Shown piece after piece: positions 25,555-37,798 of a DNA stretch of 64,000 bases; within the stretch, counting starts at the first letter, position 1, and the number at the start of each line of letters is the position of its first letter. This stretch comes from Rhodocyclales bacterium. Its GTDB lineage: Bacteria > Pseudomonadota > Gammaproteobacteria > Burkholderiales > Rhodocyclaceae. Where the stretch lies: contig JACRIZ010000008.1 in assembly GCA_016235765.1 (NCBI GenBank), positions 1,838 through 65,837 of the forward strand. The letters are read 5' to 3'. Made by a program: the position numbers and the translations under genes. Under the pieces are notes generated by a model that saw only the letters and a list, made by a program, of their open reading frames with translations, did no database searches and had not been told where the DNA came from.

Positions 25555-26088
25555 ATGAAATCCCCGGCGATCACCTCCATCCTCGCCCCGCCCGCCACCC
25601 GCATCAGCGGGGAGATTCCGGGCTCCGACTTCCACGACTGCTACGCGATGCCCCTGGCGCATGGCAGCCGCTCGGCGCTCGAGATATTCCTCCTGACGGT
25701 GGCGCGCTCGCCGCGCTGGGTGGAGTCGCTGATGGCGCTGCGCAATCGCATCGTGGGACTGTTCGGCTTGAAGAACCTCGGCCACCTGGGTTCGCTGCCG
25801 CCGCTCAAGGAAGCCTCGGCGTACCGGATCGGCGACCGCGTGGGCATCTTCACGCTGTTGTCGGCGACCGACGACGAGGTGATCCTCGGCGACTCCGACA
25901 AGCACCTCGACGTAAAGGTGTCGCTGTGCAAGGTAATGCGCGACGAACGCGAGGCCGTTGCGGTGACGACCGTGGTGCACATCCACAATCTTCTCGGACA
26001 CATCTACATGCTGTTAGTCGCGCCCATGCACCGCATCATCGCGCCGGCGGTGATGGCGCGCGGCGCAGAGGCGTGCCACCACGGCTGA
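25555..26088 (+). CDS. DUF2867-like hypothetical protein
   Basis: The ATG at 25555 starts the coding-looking part of track ORF 25195..26088 (SDFHDCYAMPL...). The family assignment is from memory and tentative. Its stop TGA lies inside a 23-nt motif copy. Confidence 0.5.
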   Translation: MKSPAITSILAPPATRISGEIPGSDFHDCYAMPLAHGSRSALEIFLLTVARSPRWVESLMALRNRIVGLFGLKNLGHLGSLPPLKEASAYRIGDRVGIFTLLSATDDEVILGDSDKHLDVKVSLCKVMRDEREAVAVTTVVHIHNLLGHIYMLLVAPMHRIIAPAVMARGAEACHHG

Positions 26089-26092
26089 CTTT
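26070..26092 (+). repeat. 23-nt motif copy c (23/23)
   Basis: GGCGTGCCACCACGGCTGACTTT. Its TGA is the DUF2867-like stop. The motif ends 3 nt before the lysE ATG. Confidence 0.9.
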
Positions 26093-26095
26093 GCG

Positions 26096-26710
26096 ATGAT
26101 CGCTCTCGAATTCCTCATCACCTCGCTCGTCGTCGTGCTCATCCCCGGCACGGGCGTGATCTACACGGTGTCGACCGGACTCGCGCGAGGCCGTAGAGCA
26201 AGTGTGTTCGCGGCGCTGGGCTGCACGGCCGGGATCGTGCCGCACCTGCTGGCGACCATCCTCGGCCTGGCTGCCGTGATGCACACAAGCGCGCTGGCGT
26301 TCCAGGCGCTGAAGTACGCGGGCGTCGCCTACCTGCTCTACATCGCGTATGCGACCTGGCGCGACAAGGCGGCCTTCGCCCTCGACGAATCACCTTCCGC
26401 AAGCACGGCCTTCGGGCTCGTCGTGAAGGCCTTCCTGCTCAACATCCTCAATCCCAAGCTGACCATCTTCTTCCTCGCCTTCCTGCCTCAGTTCGTTCGA
26501 CCCGACACCGGCGAACCGCTGCTCCAGTTGCTCGTGCTGAGTGCCGTATTCATGGCCATGACCTTCGTAGTCTTCGTGGCGTACGGATTCCTCGCGCATG
26601 GCTTCCGCCACGCGGTGATCGAATCACCGCGCGTGCAGTCGTGGCTGCGGCGAGGCTTCGCCGCCAGCTTCGCCGGCCTCGGCGCAAACCTCGCCTTCAC
26701 AGACAAATAG
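26096..26710 (+). CDS. LysE/RhtB-family amino-acid exporter
   Basis: MIALEFLITSLVVVLIPGTGVIYTV..., six hydrophobic segments, NPKLTIFFLAFLPQF. Confidence 0.85.
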   Translation: MIALEFLITSLVVVLIPGTGVIYTVSTGLARGRRASVFAALGCTAGIVPHLLATILGLAAVMHTSALAFQALKYAGVAYLLYIAYATWRDKAAFALDESPSASTAFGLVVKAFLLNILNPKLTIFFLAFLPQFVRPDTGEPLLQLLVLSAVFMAMTFVVFVAYGFLAHGFRHAVIESPRVQSWLRRGFAASFAGLGANLAFTDK

Positions 26711-26721
26711 CAGAGCCATCC

Positions 26722-27120
26722 GTGGACAACGACCAACTTCGCCATTACGCAAACAAGCTCGCCTACGAAATCGATTCATGGGACCTGAAGGTTGCGCTGG
26801 ACGCCCGCGAGCGCGTCATCGTCATCGACGCCCGCTCGGCTCAGGCTTACGCCGCGGAACACATACCGGGCGCCATCTCCTTGCCGCACCGGACCATGAA
26901 CGAAGACACGACTGCAACCTTGGACAGGAGCGCATTGGTGGTCACCTACTGCGACGGCATCGGCTGCAATGCGTCCACGAAGGGTGCTTTGAACATGACC
27001 AAGATCGGTTTCCGCGTCAAGGAACTGATGGGCGGACTCGACTGGTGGAAGCGCGACGGCCACCCGACGGAAGGTCAGGCCGCGGCCTCGGACAAGAACA
27101 CGGCCTGTGGTTGCGGTTGA
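26722..27120 (+). CDS. rhodanese-domain protein
   Basis: VVIDARSAQAYAAEHIPGAISLP ... VVTYCDGIGCNAS (active-site loop). GTG start at 26722 is assumed, because the only upstream ATG overlaps lysE. Confidence 0.6.
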   Translation: MDNDQLRHYANKLAYEIDSWDLKVALDARERVIVIDARSAQAYAAEHIPGAISLPHRTMNEDTTATLDRSALVVTYCDGIGCNASTKGALNMTKIGFRVKELMGGLDWWKRDGHPTEGQAAASDKNTACGCG

Positions 27121-27590
27121 TGCGCCATCGACTCTTGCTCGCGCTCGCCCTGTGTGCATGGCTCTTGCCCGTCGCGCAGGCGCAGACCATGTACAAGATC
27201 GTCACGCCGGACGGCCGCATCGTCTACACCGACCATCCGCCCAGCCAGGGCAAGGTGCTGAAGACGCTGACGGCCGACAGCGCGCCGGCCACCGCCCTGC
27301 CGGCGTCGGCGGCCGAGCAGTTGAGCAAGCTGCAGGCGCTGCGGTCCGGCGTGCCGACCGGCGGCGTCGTGCTGTACTCGGCGGTATGGTGCGGCTACTG
27401 CACCCAGGCCAAGGCCTGGCTGGCGAGCAAGCGAATCGCCTACCGCGAAATCGACATCGACACGCCCGATGGCCTGGCGTCGTTCGCCCAGGCGGGCGGC
27501 GGCAAGGGCGTGCCGCTGCTGGTCGCCAACGGCCGGCGCGTGCAGGGTTACTCCCCCGCCGCCTACGACCAGTTGTTCTCGCGCAAGTAG
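27120..27590 (+). CDS. DUF4124-like plus glutaredoxin-domain periplasmic protein
   Basis: Signal peptide MRHRLLLALALCAWLLPVAQA. YKIVTPDGRIVYTDHPP (DUF4124-like), then VVLYSAVWCGYCTQAKAWL (CxxC glutaredoxin fold). Confidence 0.7.
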   Translation: MRHRLLLALALCAWLLPVAQAQTMYKIVTPDGRIVYTDHPPSQGKVLKTLTADSAPATALPASAAEQLSKLQALRSGVPTGGVVLYSAVWCGYCTQAKAWLASKRIAYREIDIDTPDGLASFAQAGGGKGVPLLVANGRRVQGYSPAAYDQLFSRK

Positions 27591-27599
27591 AATCCGGCC

Positions 27600-28064
27600 A
27601 TGCGCCATTGCCTGTTCCTGATCGCCCTGCTGCTCGCTGCCTGCTCCCCGAAAGCCCCGGGGCCGTACGACGAGCGCGCCGACGCCAGGGCGGCGCTGCA
27701 GTCGGCGCAGGCCGCCGCGGCGGCCGCCAACCAGCCCGTGTTCGTCGTCTTCGGCGCCAACTGGTGCGAGGATTGCCGCGCGCTGGACAAGGCGATGCAC
27801 GCCGAGCCGAGCGCGAGCCTGATCGCCCGTTCCTTCCAGGTAGTGAAGATCGACGTCGGCAACTTCGACCGCAACCAGGACATCGTCGCCACGTACGACA
27901 ACCCGACCAGGAAGGGCATCCCGGCGGCTGTGCTGCTGTCGCCCGACGGCAAGACGCTCTACGCGACCCGCGCCGGCGAACTGTCCAGCGCACGGCGCAT
28001 GGGCGCCGACGGCATCCACCAGTTCCTGACCGGCGTCGCCGACCGCGGCGTCCGCCGCGACTGA
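27600..28064 (+). CDS. thioredoxin-fold lipoprotein
   Basis: Lipobox LLLAAC, then VFVVFGANWCEDCRALD (WCxxC). Confidence 0.7.
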   Translation: MRHCLFLIALLLAACSPKAPGPYDERADARAALQSAQAAAAAANQPVFVVFGANWCEDCRALDKAMHAEPSASLIARSFQVVKIDVGNFDRNQDIVATYDNPTRKGIPAAVLLSPDGKTLYATRAGELSSARRMGADGIHQFLTGVADRGVRRD

Positions 28065-28173
28065 CCATTCCCGCACGACGCGCTGCCGACCAGCGGATTC
28101 CATGCTGACATCATGGTTGGCGCAGGCATTGCCGCTCGCCTAAGCTTCTCTTTTGAGACAAGGAGGAGACACC

Positions 28174-28514
28174 ATGCCTGACAACACGGGTACCGTTCGC
28201 CTGCACCGCGTCGGCGGCGGTTACCAGATGTCATTCACGAACTTCGGCACCGGCCACAGCCATTCCTTCCGCGGCCGGTACGTCGAACTGAAGTCGCCGA
28301 CGCTGATACGCTACACCGACCGCTTCGATGACCCCAAGCTGCCCGGGGAAATGCGAGTCACGGTCACGCTCGACCAGGTTGTCTGCGGCACCGAGTTGAC
28401 CGTCGTCCAGGAAGGAATTCCCGCCGTCATTCCGGTCGCGATGTGCTACCTGGGCTGGCAGGAATCCCTGGCGCAACTGGCCACTCTGGTCGAACCCGAG
28501 ATTCCCGACGGCGC

Positions 28515-28518
<4 letters not shown>
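28174..28518 (+). CDS. short SRPBCC/AHSA1-like protein (lacks the usual N-terminal ~45 aa)
   Basis: Strong SD AAGGAGGAG before ATG 28174. [26 protein letters not shown]...[11 protein letters not shown]...[10 protein letters not shown]. Convergent with nifA, and the two stops share CTAG. Confidence 0.6.
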
Positions 28519-31726
<3,208 letters not shown>

Positions 31727-31737
31727 TCATTCCCGGT

Positions 31738-31753
31738 TGTAGCAAACGCGACA
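31738..31753. promoter_or_regulatory. NifA UAS in the nifL/rnf divergent region
   Basis: TGTAGCAAACGCGACA. It lies 93 bp upstream of the rnf -24 element and 72 bp from the nifL-side element. Confidence 0.7.
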
Positions 31754-31845
31754 GAACAGCGCCCGCGCCTTCGGGGTGCAGCGCACAAACAAAAAACCCC
31801 ATTACGGTGCGGGCTTGGCGCACTGCATTCATCGTAAACGAACGG

Positions 31846-31861
31846 TGGCACAGAAGCTGCT
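31846..31861 (+). promoter_or_regulatory. sigma54 promoter of the rseC-like/rnf operon
   Basis: TGGCAC-AGAAG-CTGCT (GG/GC in register). Predicted +1 is about 31872. Confidence 0.7.
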
Positions 31862-31890
31862 CTACGTCCGGTAAGCGTTCTGGAAACAAC

Positions 31891-32382
31891 ATGCGACCCG
31901 ACATGCCACGCAGCCCCACATCCTCGCCCGCCGCACCCGACCACATGGTCGAGCGGATTCTGCACGTCGTGAAGGTCGACGGCGGCATTGCCTGGGCGGT
32001 TCCCGAGTCGGGCGGCGCCTGCGCAGCTTGCGTCTCGGCGGCACGCTGCGGCGCCAGCGGCGCTGCGAGCGCCCAAGCCATCCCGACCCAATCCCTGCCG
32101 TCGGCCTCGGTCGGCGACCGCATCGTCGTCGGACTCGAAAGCGGCGCACTGACGGAAGCGGCCCTGACCGCCTATGCCATTCCGATGACCACCATGCTGG
32201 TGTGCGCCGGCGCGGTCGGCGCCTGGTCCCACAGCGACGGACTGGCGGCGGTCGCGGCTGCCGCCGGGCTGGCGCTGGGCATGTTGATCGCCCGCCTGCG
32301 CGGACTCCGGCCGAGCGTGCGGGCGCGATTCGCGCCCCGCGTGCTGCGGCAGGTCGAACCAGCGGCAAGGTGCGCGCCATGA
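31891..32382 (+). CDS. RseC/MucC-family (SoxR-reducing-system) small membrane protein
   Basis: N-terminal Cys cluster ([14 protein letters not shown]) and two C-terminal TM helices. ATGA coupling to rnfA. Start is uncertain (31891 or 31945). Confidence 0.6.
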   Translation: MRPDMPRSPTSSPAAPDHMVERILHVVKVDGGIAWAVPESGGACAACVSAARCGASGAASAQAIPTQSLPSASVGDRIVVGLESGALTEAALTAYAIPMTTMLVCAGAVGAWSHSDGLAAVAAAAGLALGMLIARLRGLRPSVRARFAPRVLRQVEPAARCAP

Positions 32383-32960
32383 CGGAATTCGCCCTGCTTC
32401 TGGTCGGCGCCGCACTGGTCAACAACGTCGTCCTGGCCAAGTTCCTCGGACTGTGCCCCTTCATGGGCGTCTCGAAGAGCGTGGACAGCGCGCTGGGCAT
32501 GGGGCTGGCCACGACTTTCGTCATCACGCTGGCCAGCGCGGCGAGCTGGATGCTCGAGAACTGGCTCCTGGCGCCCTTCGGCCTCGGTTACCTGCGCATC
32601 CTGACCTTCATCCTGGTCATCGCCGCCACCGTCCAGTTCGTCGAACTGGCCGTGAAGAAGTCCAGCCCCAGCCTCTACCAGGCGCTGGGCATCTATCTGC
32701 CGCTGATCACCACCAATTGTGCCGTGCTCGGCGTGGCGCTGCTCAACGTCATGGAGAAGAGCAACTTCGTCACCAGCCTGTTCTACGGCTTCGGCTCGGC
32801 GCTCGGCTTCACGCTGGTGCTGGTGATGTTCGCCGGCCTGCGCGAACGCCTCGCCCTGGCACGCGTACCGGCCGCCTTCGCCGGTGCGCCGGTCGGCTTC
32901 GTGCTGGCGGGTCTGCTCTCGCTCGCTTTCATGGGTTTTGCGGGATTGAACTTCAAATGA
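32379..32960 (+). CDS. rnfA: Rnf electron-transport complex subunit A
   Basis: [32 protein letters not shown]..., 193 aa, polytopic. Confidence 0.95.
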   Translation: MTEFALLLVGAALVNNVVLAKFLGLCPFMGVSKSVDSALGMGLATTFVITLASAASWMLENWLLAPFGLGYLRILTFILVIAATVQFVELAVKKSSPSLYQALGIYLPLITTNCAVLGVALLNVMEKSNFVTSLFYGFGSALGFTLVLVMFAGLRERLALARVPAAFAGAPVGFVLAGLLSLAFMGFAGLNFK

Positions 32961-33484
32961 TCGCAGCCATCCTCAGCCTGACCTTGCTCGGCATCGCCCT
33001 CGGCCTCGGCCTTGGGGTCGCGGCGAAGAAGTTCGCCGTCGAGGGCAATCCCGTCGTCGATGAACTCACCGCCCTGATGCCCGGCTCGAACTGCGGCCAG
33101 TGCGGCTATCCCGGTTGCGCCGGCGCGGCCGCCGCCATCGTCGATGGCACCGCCGCACCGACCTGTTGCCCGCCCGGCGGCAAGGCGCTCGCCACCGCCA
33201 TCGCCGAGAAGCTCGGCCTCTCGCTCGACCTCTCGGGCATGGTCGACGAAGGCCCGAAGATCGCCTCCGTGTCCGAAGAAATCTGCATCGGCTGCTGTCG
33301 CTGCATCAAGGTCTGCCCGACCGACGCCATCGTCGGTGCGGCCAAGCAGATCCACAACGTCATCCGCGAGGCCTGCACCGGCTGCGCCGCCTGCATCGAC
33401 CGCTGCCCGACCGAAGCCATGGTCATGAAACCCGTGCCCGTGACCCTGCAGCACTGGGTCTGGCCCAAACCGGCGCTCGCCTGA
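32956..33484 (+). CDS. rnfB: Rnf complex subunit B (Fe-S)
   Basis: [38 protein letters not shown]. Confidence 0.95.
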
Positions 33485-33486
33485 CC

Positions 33487-34998
33487 ATGGGCATCCTCGA
33501 CCGCATCTTCGGCAACCACTGGGGCGTCCATCCGGACGACCGCAAGCGCCCCGCCGCCGACCTGCCGCTGCGCCGCCTGCCGATGCCCGCGCATCTCTAC
33601 GTGCCGCTCCAGCAGCACATCGGTGCGCCGGCCCGGCCCGTCGTGCTGGTCGGCCAGCGGGTCCTGAAAGGCCAACTGATCGCCGAGGCGCAGGGCGCCA
33701 CCTCCGCCGCCATCCACGCGCCGAGTTCCGGCACCGTCAGCGCCGTCGGCGAAATCACCGCCCCGCACGCCTCCGGCCTGCCGGTACCCGGCATCACGAT
33801 CGCCTGCGACGGCGAGGACCGCTGGCTCGAGGCCGCCGACATTCCGGCCGATCCCTTTGCGCTGGAGCCGGCCGAAATCAGCCGGCGCATCGCGGCAGCA
33901 GGCGTGGTCGGCATGGGCGGCGCCACCTTCCCCTCGGCGCTCAAGCTCACGCTCGGCAAGAAGAGCGGCATCAGCACGCTGATCATCAACGGCGGCGAGT
34001 GCGAGCCCTATCTTTCCTGCGACGACCGGGTGATGCGCGACTTCGCCGTCGATGTCGTCGACGGCATTCGCCTGATGCTGCATGCCAGCGGCGCCACCAC
34101 CGCCCTGGTCGGTATCGAGGACAACAAGCCGGAAGCGATCGCGGCGATGAAGCAGGCCGCCGCCTCGTTCCCCGAAATCCGCGTCTGTCCGGTGCCGGCC
34201 CGCTACCCGATGGGCTCGGAGAAGCATCTGTTCTCGGCATTGACCGGCAAGGAAGTGCCGGCCGACGCCCGCACCACCGACCTCGGCGTGCTGGTGCACA
34301 ACGTCGGCACCGCCGCCGCCGTGCATGATGCAATCCGCAACGGCCGGCCACTGGTCGAGCGCATCGTCACCTTGAACGGTGGCGCCTGGCGCGCGCCGGG
34401 CAACGTCGTCGTTCCCGTCGGCATGCTGGTCTCCGACCTCATCGCCGTGGCCGAGCTGAAGGAACAACCGGCACGCCTGATCATGGGCGGGCCGATGATG
34501 GGCACGCTGCTGCCCAGCGCCATCGTGCCGGTCGTGAAAGGCAGCAGCGGTGTGCTGGCGCTGACCGCCGCGGAAGCGGCCGACGGCGATGCGCAGCCCT
34601 GCATCCGCTGCTCGTCCTGCGTGCGCGCCTGCCCGGTCGGCCTGCTGCCGCTGGAGATGTCCGCCCGCATCCGCAACGAGGACTACGCCGGCGCGGTCGA
34701 CCTCGGCCTCAAGGACTGCATCGCCTGCGGCTGCTGTGCCTACGTCTGCCCGTCGCGCATTCCGCTGGTGCAGTACTTCGGTCACGCCAAGGGCGAACTC
34801 GCTGCGCGCGACCGGACCAAGCTGCGCAACGACGCCACCAAGCGCCTGGTCGCCGCGCGTGCCGAGCGCCTGGAACGCGAAACCAAGGAGAAGGCCGAAG
34901 CCGCCGCGCGGCGCAAGGCCGAGCGCGCGAAGCAGAAGGCCGCCGAAGCAGCCGCGGCTGCGGCCGGTGCCCAAGCAGATTCGGAGACGACGGCATGA
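33487..34998 (+). CDS. rnfC: Rnf complex subunit C
   Basis: GMGGATFPSALKL, CIRCSSCVRACP, CIACGCCAYVCP, Lys/Ala-rich tail. Confidence 0.95.
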   Translation: MGILDRIFGNHWGVHPDDRKRPAADLPLRRLPMPAHLYVPLQQHIGAPARPVVLVGQRVLKGQLIAEAQGATSAAIHAPSSGTVSAVGEITAPHASGLPVPGITIACDGEDRWLEAADIPADPFALEPAEISRRIAAAGVVGMGGATFPSALKLTLGKKSGISTLIINGGECEPYLSCDDRVMRDFAVDVVDGIRLMLHASGATTALVGIEDNKPEAIAAMKQAAASFPEIRVCPVPARYPMGSEKHLFSALTGKEVPADARTTDLGVLVHNVGTAAAVHDAIRNGRPLVERIVTLNGGAWRAPGNVVVPVGMLVSDLIAVAELKEQPARLIMGGPMMGTLLPSAIVPVVKGSSGVLALTAAEAADGDAQPCIRCSSCVRACPVGLLPLEMSARIRNEDYAGAVDLGLKDCIACGCCAYVCPSRIPLVQYFGHAKGELAARDRTKLRNDATKRLVAARAERLERETKEKAEAAARRKAERAKQKAAEAAAAAAGAQADSETTA

Positions 34999-36074
34999 AC
35001 ACGCTCGCCACCACCGCTACCCCCATCGCCTCGCCGCACGCCCACGGCGGCGCCGGCGTCTCGGTCGTCATGCTCAAGGTGATGGCGGCGCTGGCGCCGG
35101 CCACACTGTACGGCTTCTGGCTTTACGGCTGGCCGGCCGTCCACCTCTGGTTCATCACCGTCTTCGCCGCGCTGCTCGGCGAAGCCTTCTGCCTGCGCCT
35201 CGCCAAGCGCCGAGCGATGCCGGTACTGCTCGACGGCTCGGCCCTGCTGACCGGCTGGCTGCTGGCGCTGTCGCTGCCGCCCTGGGCGCCGTGGTGGCTG
35301 GGCGCGGTCGGCGGCCTGTTCGCCACCGTGGTCGGCAAGCAGGTCTTCGGCGGCCTCGGCCAGAACCTGTTCAATCCGGCCATGGTCGCGCGCGTCGCGC
35401 TGCTGATCTCCTTCCCGGTGGCAATGACCGCCTGGGTGGCGCCGCTGCCGCTCACCTCGGCGGGCGCGCCCGGCTTCCTCGACGGCCTGCTAATCACGCT
35501 CTCCGGCGCGGCCAACCTCGACGCAGTTTCCTCCGCCTCGCTGCTCGGCCATGCGAAAGCCGAACTTTCGCGCGGTGTCGATCTGCTGCAATCGCTCTCG
35601 GGCGATCACCTCGCGCATTTCCTCTCGTACTCCGGTGCCCGACCCGGCAGCCTCGGCGAAACCGCCGGCCTGCTGATCGCTGCCGGCGGCATCGCCATGA
35701 TCGCCATGGGCATCATCTCCTGGCACATCCCGGCCGCCATGCTGGCCGGTATTGCGATCCCCGCCGCCATCGGCCACGCGGTCGATCCGGCCCGCTACCT
35801 CGATGCGACGGCACACGTCTTCTCGGGCGCGGCGCTGCTCGGCGCCTTCTTCATCGCCACCGACTACGTCACCTCGCCCAACACGCGCGCCGGCCAACTC
35901 GTCTTCGGCCTCGGCTGCGGCCTGCTCACCTACGTGATCCGCACCTGGGGCGGCTACCCGGAGGGCGTCGCCTTCGCCGTGCTGCTGATGAACGCACTGA
36001 CGCCGGCCATCGACCGCCTGATGAAGCCGCGCATCTACGGCCGCAACCGCAAGGGAGCTTCGCTGCCGCTATGA
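34995..36074 (+). CDS. rnfD: Rnf complex subunit D
   Basis: 359-aa polytopic NqrB/RnfD-like protein (GKQVFGGLGQNLFNPAMVARV). Confidence 0.9.
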   Translation: MNTLATTATPIASPHAHGGAGVSVVMLKVMAALAPATLYGFWLYGWPAVHLWFITVFAALLGEAFCLRLAKRRAMPVLLDGSALLTGWLLALSLPPWAPWWLGAVGGLFATVVGKQVFGGLGQNLFNPAMVARVALLISFPVAMTAWVAPLPLTSAGAPGFLDGLLITLSGAANLDAVSSASLLGHAKAELSRGVDLLQSLSGDHLAHFLSYSGARPGSLGETAGLLIAAGGIAMIAMGIISWHIPAAMLAGIAIPAAIGHAVDPARYLDATAHVFSGAALLGAFFIATDYVTSPNTRAGQLVFGLGCGLLTYVIRTWGGYPEGVAFAVLLMNALTPAIDRLMKPRIYGRNRKGASLPL

Positions 36075-36673
36075 GCTTCGACCTCGCCCTCGTCCGCAAC
36101 AAGCTGAGCTACCAGGGCATCTCGCTCGGCATCGTCGCGCTGGTCGCCAGCGCGCTGCTCTCCGTCGGCAACAGCCTCACCGGCCCGGCCATCGCCGAGG
36201 CCGAGGCGCGCGACCTGCAGGCCTCGCTGGCGCAGGTGCTGCCGGAAGGTTCCTACGACAACGAACTGCTCAAGGACACGATCACCGTCGACGGCATGCT
36301 GATCTACAAGGCGCGCAAGGCCGGCGCCGTCACCGGCGTCGTCTTCCAGCAGGCGAAGCGCGGCTACGCCGGCGACGTGGTGGTGCTGATGGGCGTGGAT
36401 GCCAAGGGCACGCTGCTCGGCGCGCGCGTCATCAAGCACCAGGAAACGCCGGGCCTGGGCGACAAGATCGAGGTCGCCAAGTCGAAGTGGATCCGCGACT
36501 TCGACGGCAAGTCGCTCGAGAACCTGCCCGCCGACAAGTGGGCGGTGAAGAAGGACGGCGGCGTCTTCGACCAGTTCGCCGGCGCCACCATCACGCCGCG
36601 CGCCGTGGTCAAGGCCGTCAAGGGCGGGCTCGACTTCTTCGCCGCGCACCGCGACGAGATTATCGGAGGCTGA
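36071..36673 (+). CDS. rnfG: Rnf complex subunit G (FMN-binding)
   Basis: HQETPGLGDKI and FDQFAGATITPRAV. ATGA overlap with rnfD. Confidence 0.9.
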   Translation: MSFDLALVRNKLSYQGISLGIVALVASALLSVGNSLTGPAIAEAEARDLQASLAQVLPEGSYDNELLKDTITVDGMLIYKARKAGAVTGVVFQQAKRGYAGDVVVLMGVDAKGTLLGARVIKHQETPGLGDKIEVAKSKWIRDFDGKSLENLPADKWAVKKDGGVFDQFAGATITPRAVVKAVKGGLDFFAAHRDEIIGG

Positions 36674-36674
36674 C

Positions 36675-37349
36675 ATGAGCAACTATCAGGTCTTCAAGGA
36701 AGGACTCTGGAGCCAGAACGTCGTCTTCGCCCAGATGCTGGCGCTCTGCCCGACGTTGGCCGTCACCACCAGCGGCACCAACGGCCTGGGCATGGGCCTG
36801 GCCTCCACTGTCGTGCTGGTCGCCTCCAACGTGCTCGTGGCGTTGATCCGCGACTTCGTCAGCCCGCAAGTACGCATTCCGGTCTTCGTGGTGCTGATCG
36901 CGACGCTGGTAACGCTGGTCGACATGAGCCTCAACGCCTGGTTCCACGACCTCTACAAGGTGCTCGGCCTGTTCATCGCGCTGATCGTGGTGAACTGCGC
37001 CATCCTCGGCCGCGCCGAAGCCTTTGCCTCCAAGTCGCCGGTGCTGGCCTCGGCGCTCGACGGCTTGGGCATGGGTCTCGGTTTCACGCTGGCGCTGACC
37101 GTCATCGGCCTGGTCCGCGAACTGCTCGGCGCCGGCACGCTGTTCGCTCAGGCCAGCCTGCTGCTCGGCCCGGGGTTCGCCTTCCTGGAAACCACCGTCA
37201 TCCCGAACTACGGCGGCGTGCTGCTGATGATCCTGCCGCCCGGCGGCTTCCTGGTGCTCGGTTTCCTGCTCGCCGCCAAGCGCATCACCGATGCGCGCAT
37301 GGCACGGCGTGCCGCCACGACTGACTTTTCCGCCGCCCAAGGAGCCTGA
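36675..37349 (+). CDS. rnfE: Rnf complex subunit E
   Basis: GLWSQNVVFAQMLALCPTLAVT... The C-terminal tail carries a 23-nt motif copy (RRAATTDF). Confidence 0.95.
   Translation: MSNYQVFKEGLWSQNVVFAQMLALCPTLAVTTSGTNGLGMGLASTVVLVASNVLVALIRDFVSPQVRIPVFVVLIATLVTLVDMSLNAWFHDLYKVLGLFIALIVVNCAILGRAEAFASKSPVLASALDGLGMGLGFTLALTVIGLVRELLGAGTLFAQASLLLGPGFAFLETTVIPNYGGVLLMILPPGGFLVLGFLLAAKRITDARMARRAATTDFSAAQGA
37306..37328 (+). repeat. 23-nt motif copy d (21/23)
   Basis: GGCGTGCCGCCACGACTGACTTT in the rnfE C-terminal tail. Read as RRAATTDF. Confidence 0.85.
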
Positions 37350-37351
37350 CC

Positions 37352-37630
37352 ATGCAAGTCGGCGTCGCCTACTCCGAACCCGGCCAGCAGATCTGGATGA
37401 ACATCGAGGTGCCCGACGGCGCCACGGTCAAGGACGCCATCGACAAGTCCGGCATCCTCAAGATGTTCCCGACCATCGACCTGGAAGCACAGAAGGTCGG
37501 CATCTTCAACAAACTGGTCAAGCTGGAAGCCGCGCTGCGCGCCGGTGACCGCGTCGAGATCTACCGCCCCATCACCTGCGACCCGACGACCGTGCCACGC
37601 CGCGACGGGGTCGGCGAGGACGACGAATAG
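37352..37630 (+). CDS. rnfH: RnfH-family ubiquitin-fold protein
   Basis: MQVGVAYSEPGQQIWMNIEVPDGATVKDAI...GDRVEIYRP. Confidence 0.85.
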   Translation: MQVGVAYSEPGQQIWMNIEVPDGATVKDAIDKSGILKMFPTIDLEAQKVGIFNKLVKLEAALRAGDRVEIYRPITCDPTTVPRRDGVGEDDE

Positions 37631-37659
37631 CCATAATGCGCTTGCGGTCTTGCGGCGTG

Positions 37660-37689
37660 AAGGGCGGCTCCGGCCGCCCTTCGCTTTTC
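37660..37689 (+). terminator. rho-independent terminator after rnfH
   Basis: AAGGGCGGC-TCCG-GCCGCCCTT followed by CGCTTTTCC. Confidence 0.75.
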
Positions 37690-37699
37690 CAGCACAGGG

Positions 37700-37715
37700 A
37701 TTGATGCCGATCAAT
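37700..37715. promoter_or_regulatory. FNR/CRP-family binding site (perfect TTGAT-N4-ATCAA)
   Basis: ATTGATGCCGATCAAT sits in an AT-rich intergenic stretch. A -10-like CAATAT lies about 30 nt downstream, which gives class II geometry. Confidence 0.65.
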
Positions 37716-37798
37716 GTTACTTTAGTAATATGGCGCGACAATATGTTTGGCATGATGGCATCATAATAAGCCGCAATGCGGCCCGACAAAGAGAATAT

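Noticed and set aside
28047-28068. Possible degenerate 23-nt motif copy GGCGTCCGCCGCGACTGACCAT at the thioredoxin-like gene stop
   Set aside because: It needs a 1-nt gap and loses the TTT end. It is mentioned in a finding but not called as a feature.
33106-34974. 622-aa minus-strand ORF, and the 632-aa and 694-aa + strand ORFs in alternative frames over rnfB-rnfG
   Set aside because: Only the frames carrying RnfB/C/D/G motifs were kept. The others are out-of-frame or antisense read-throughs.
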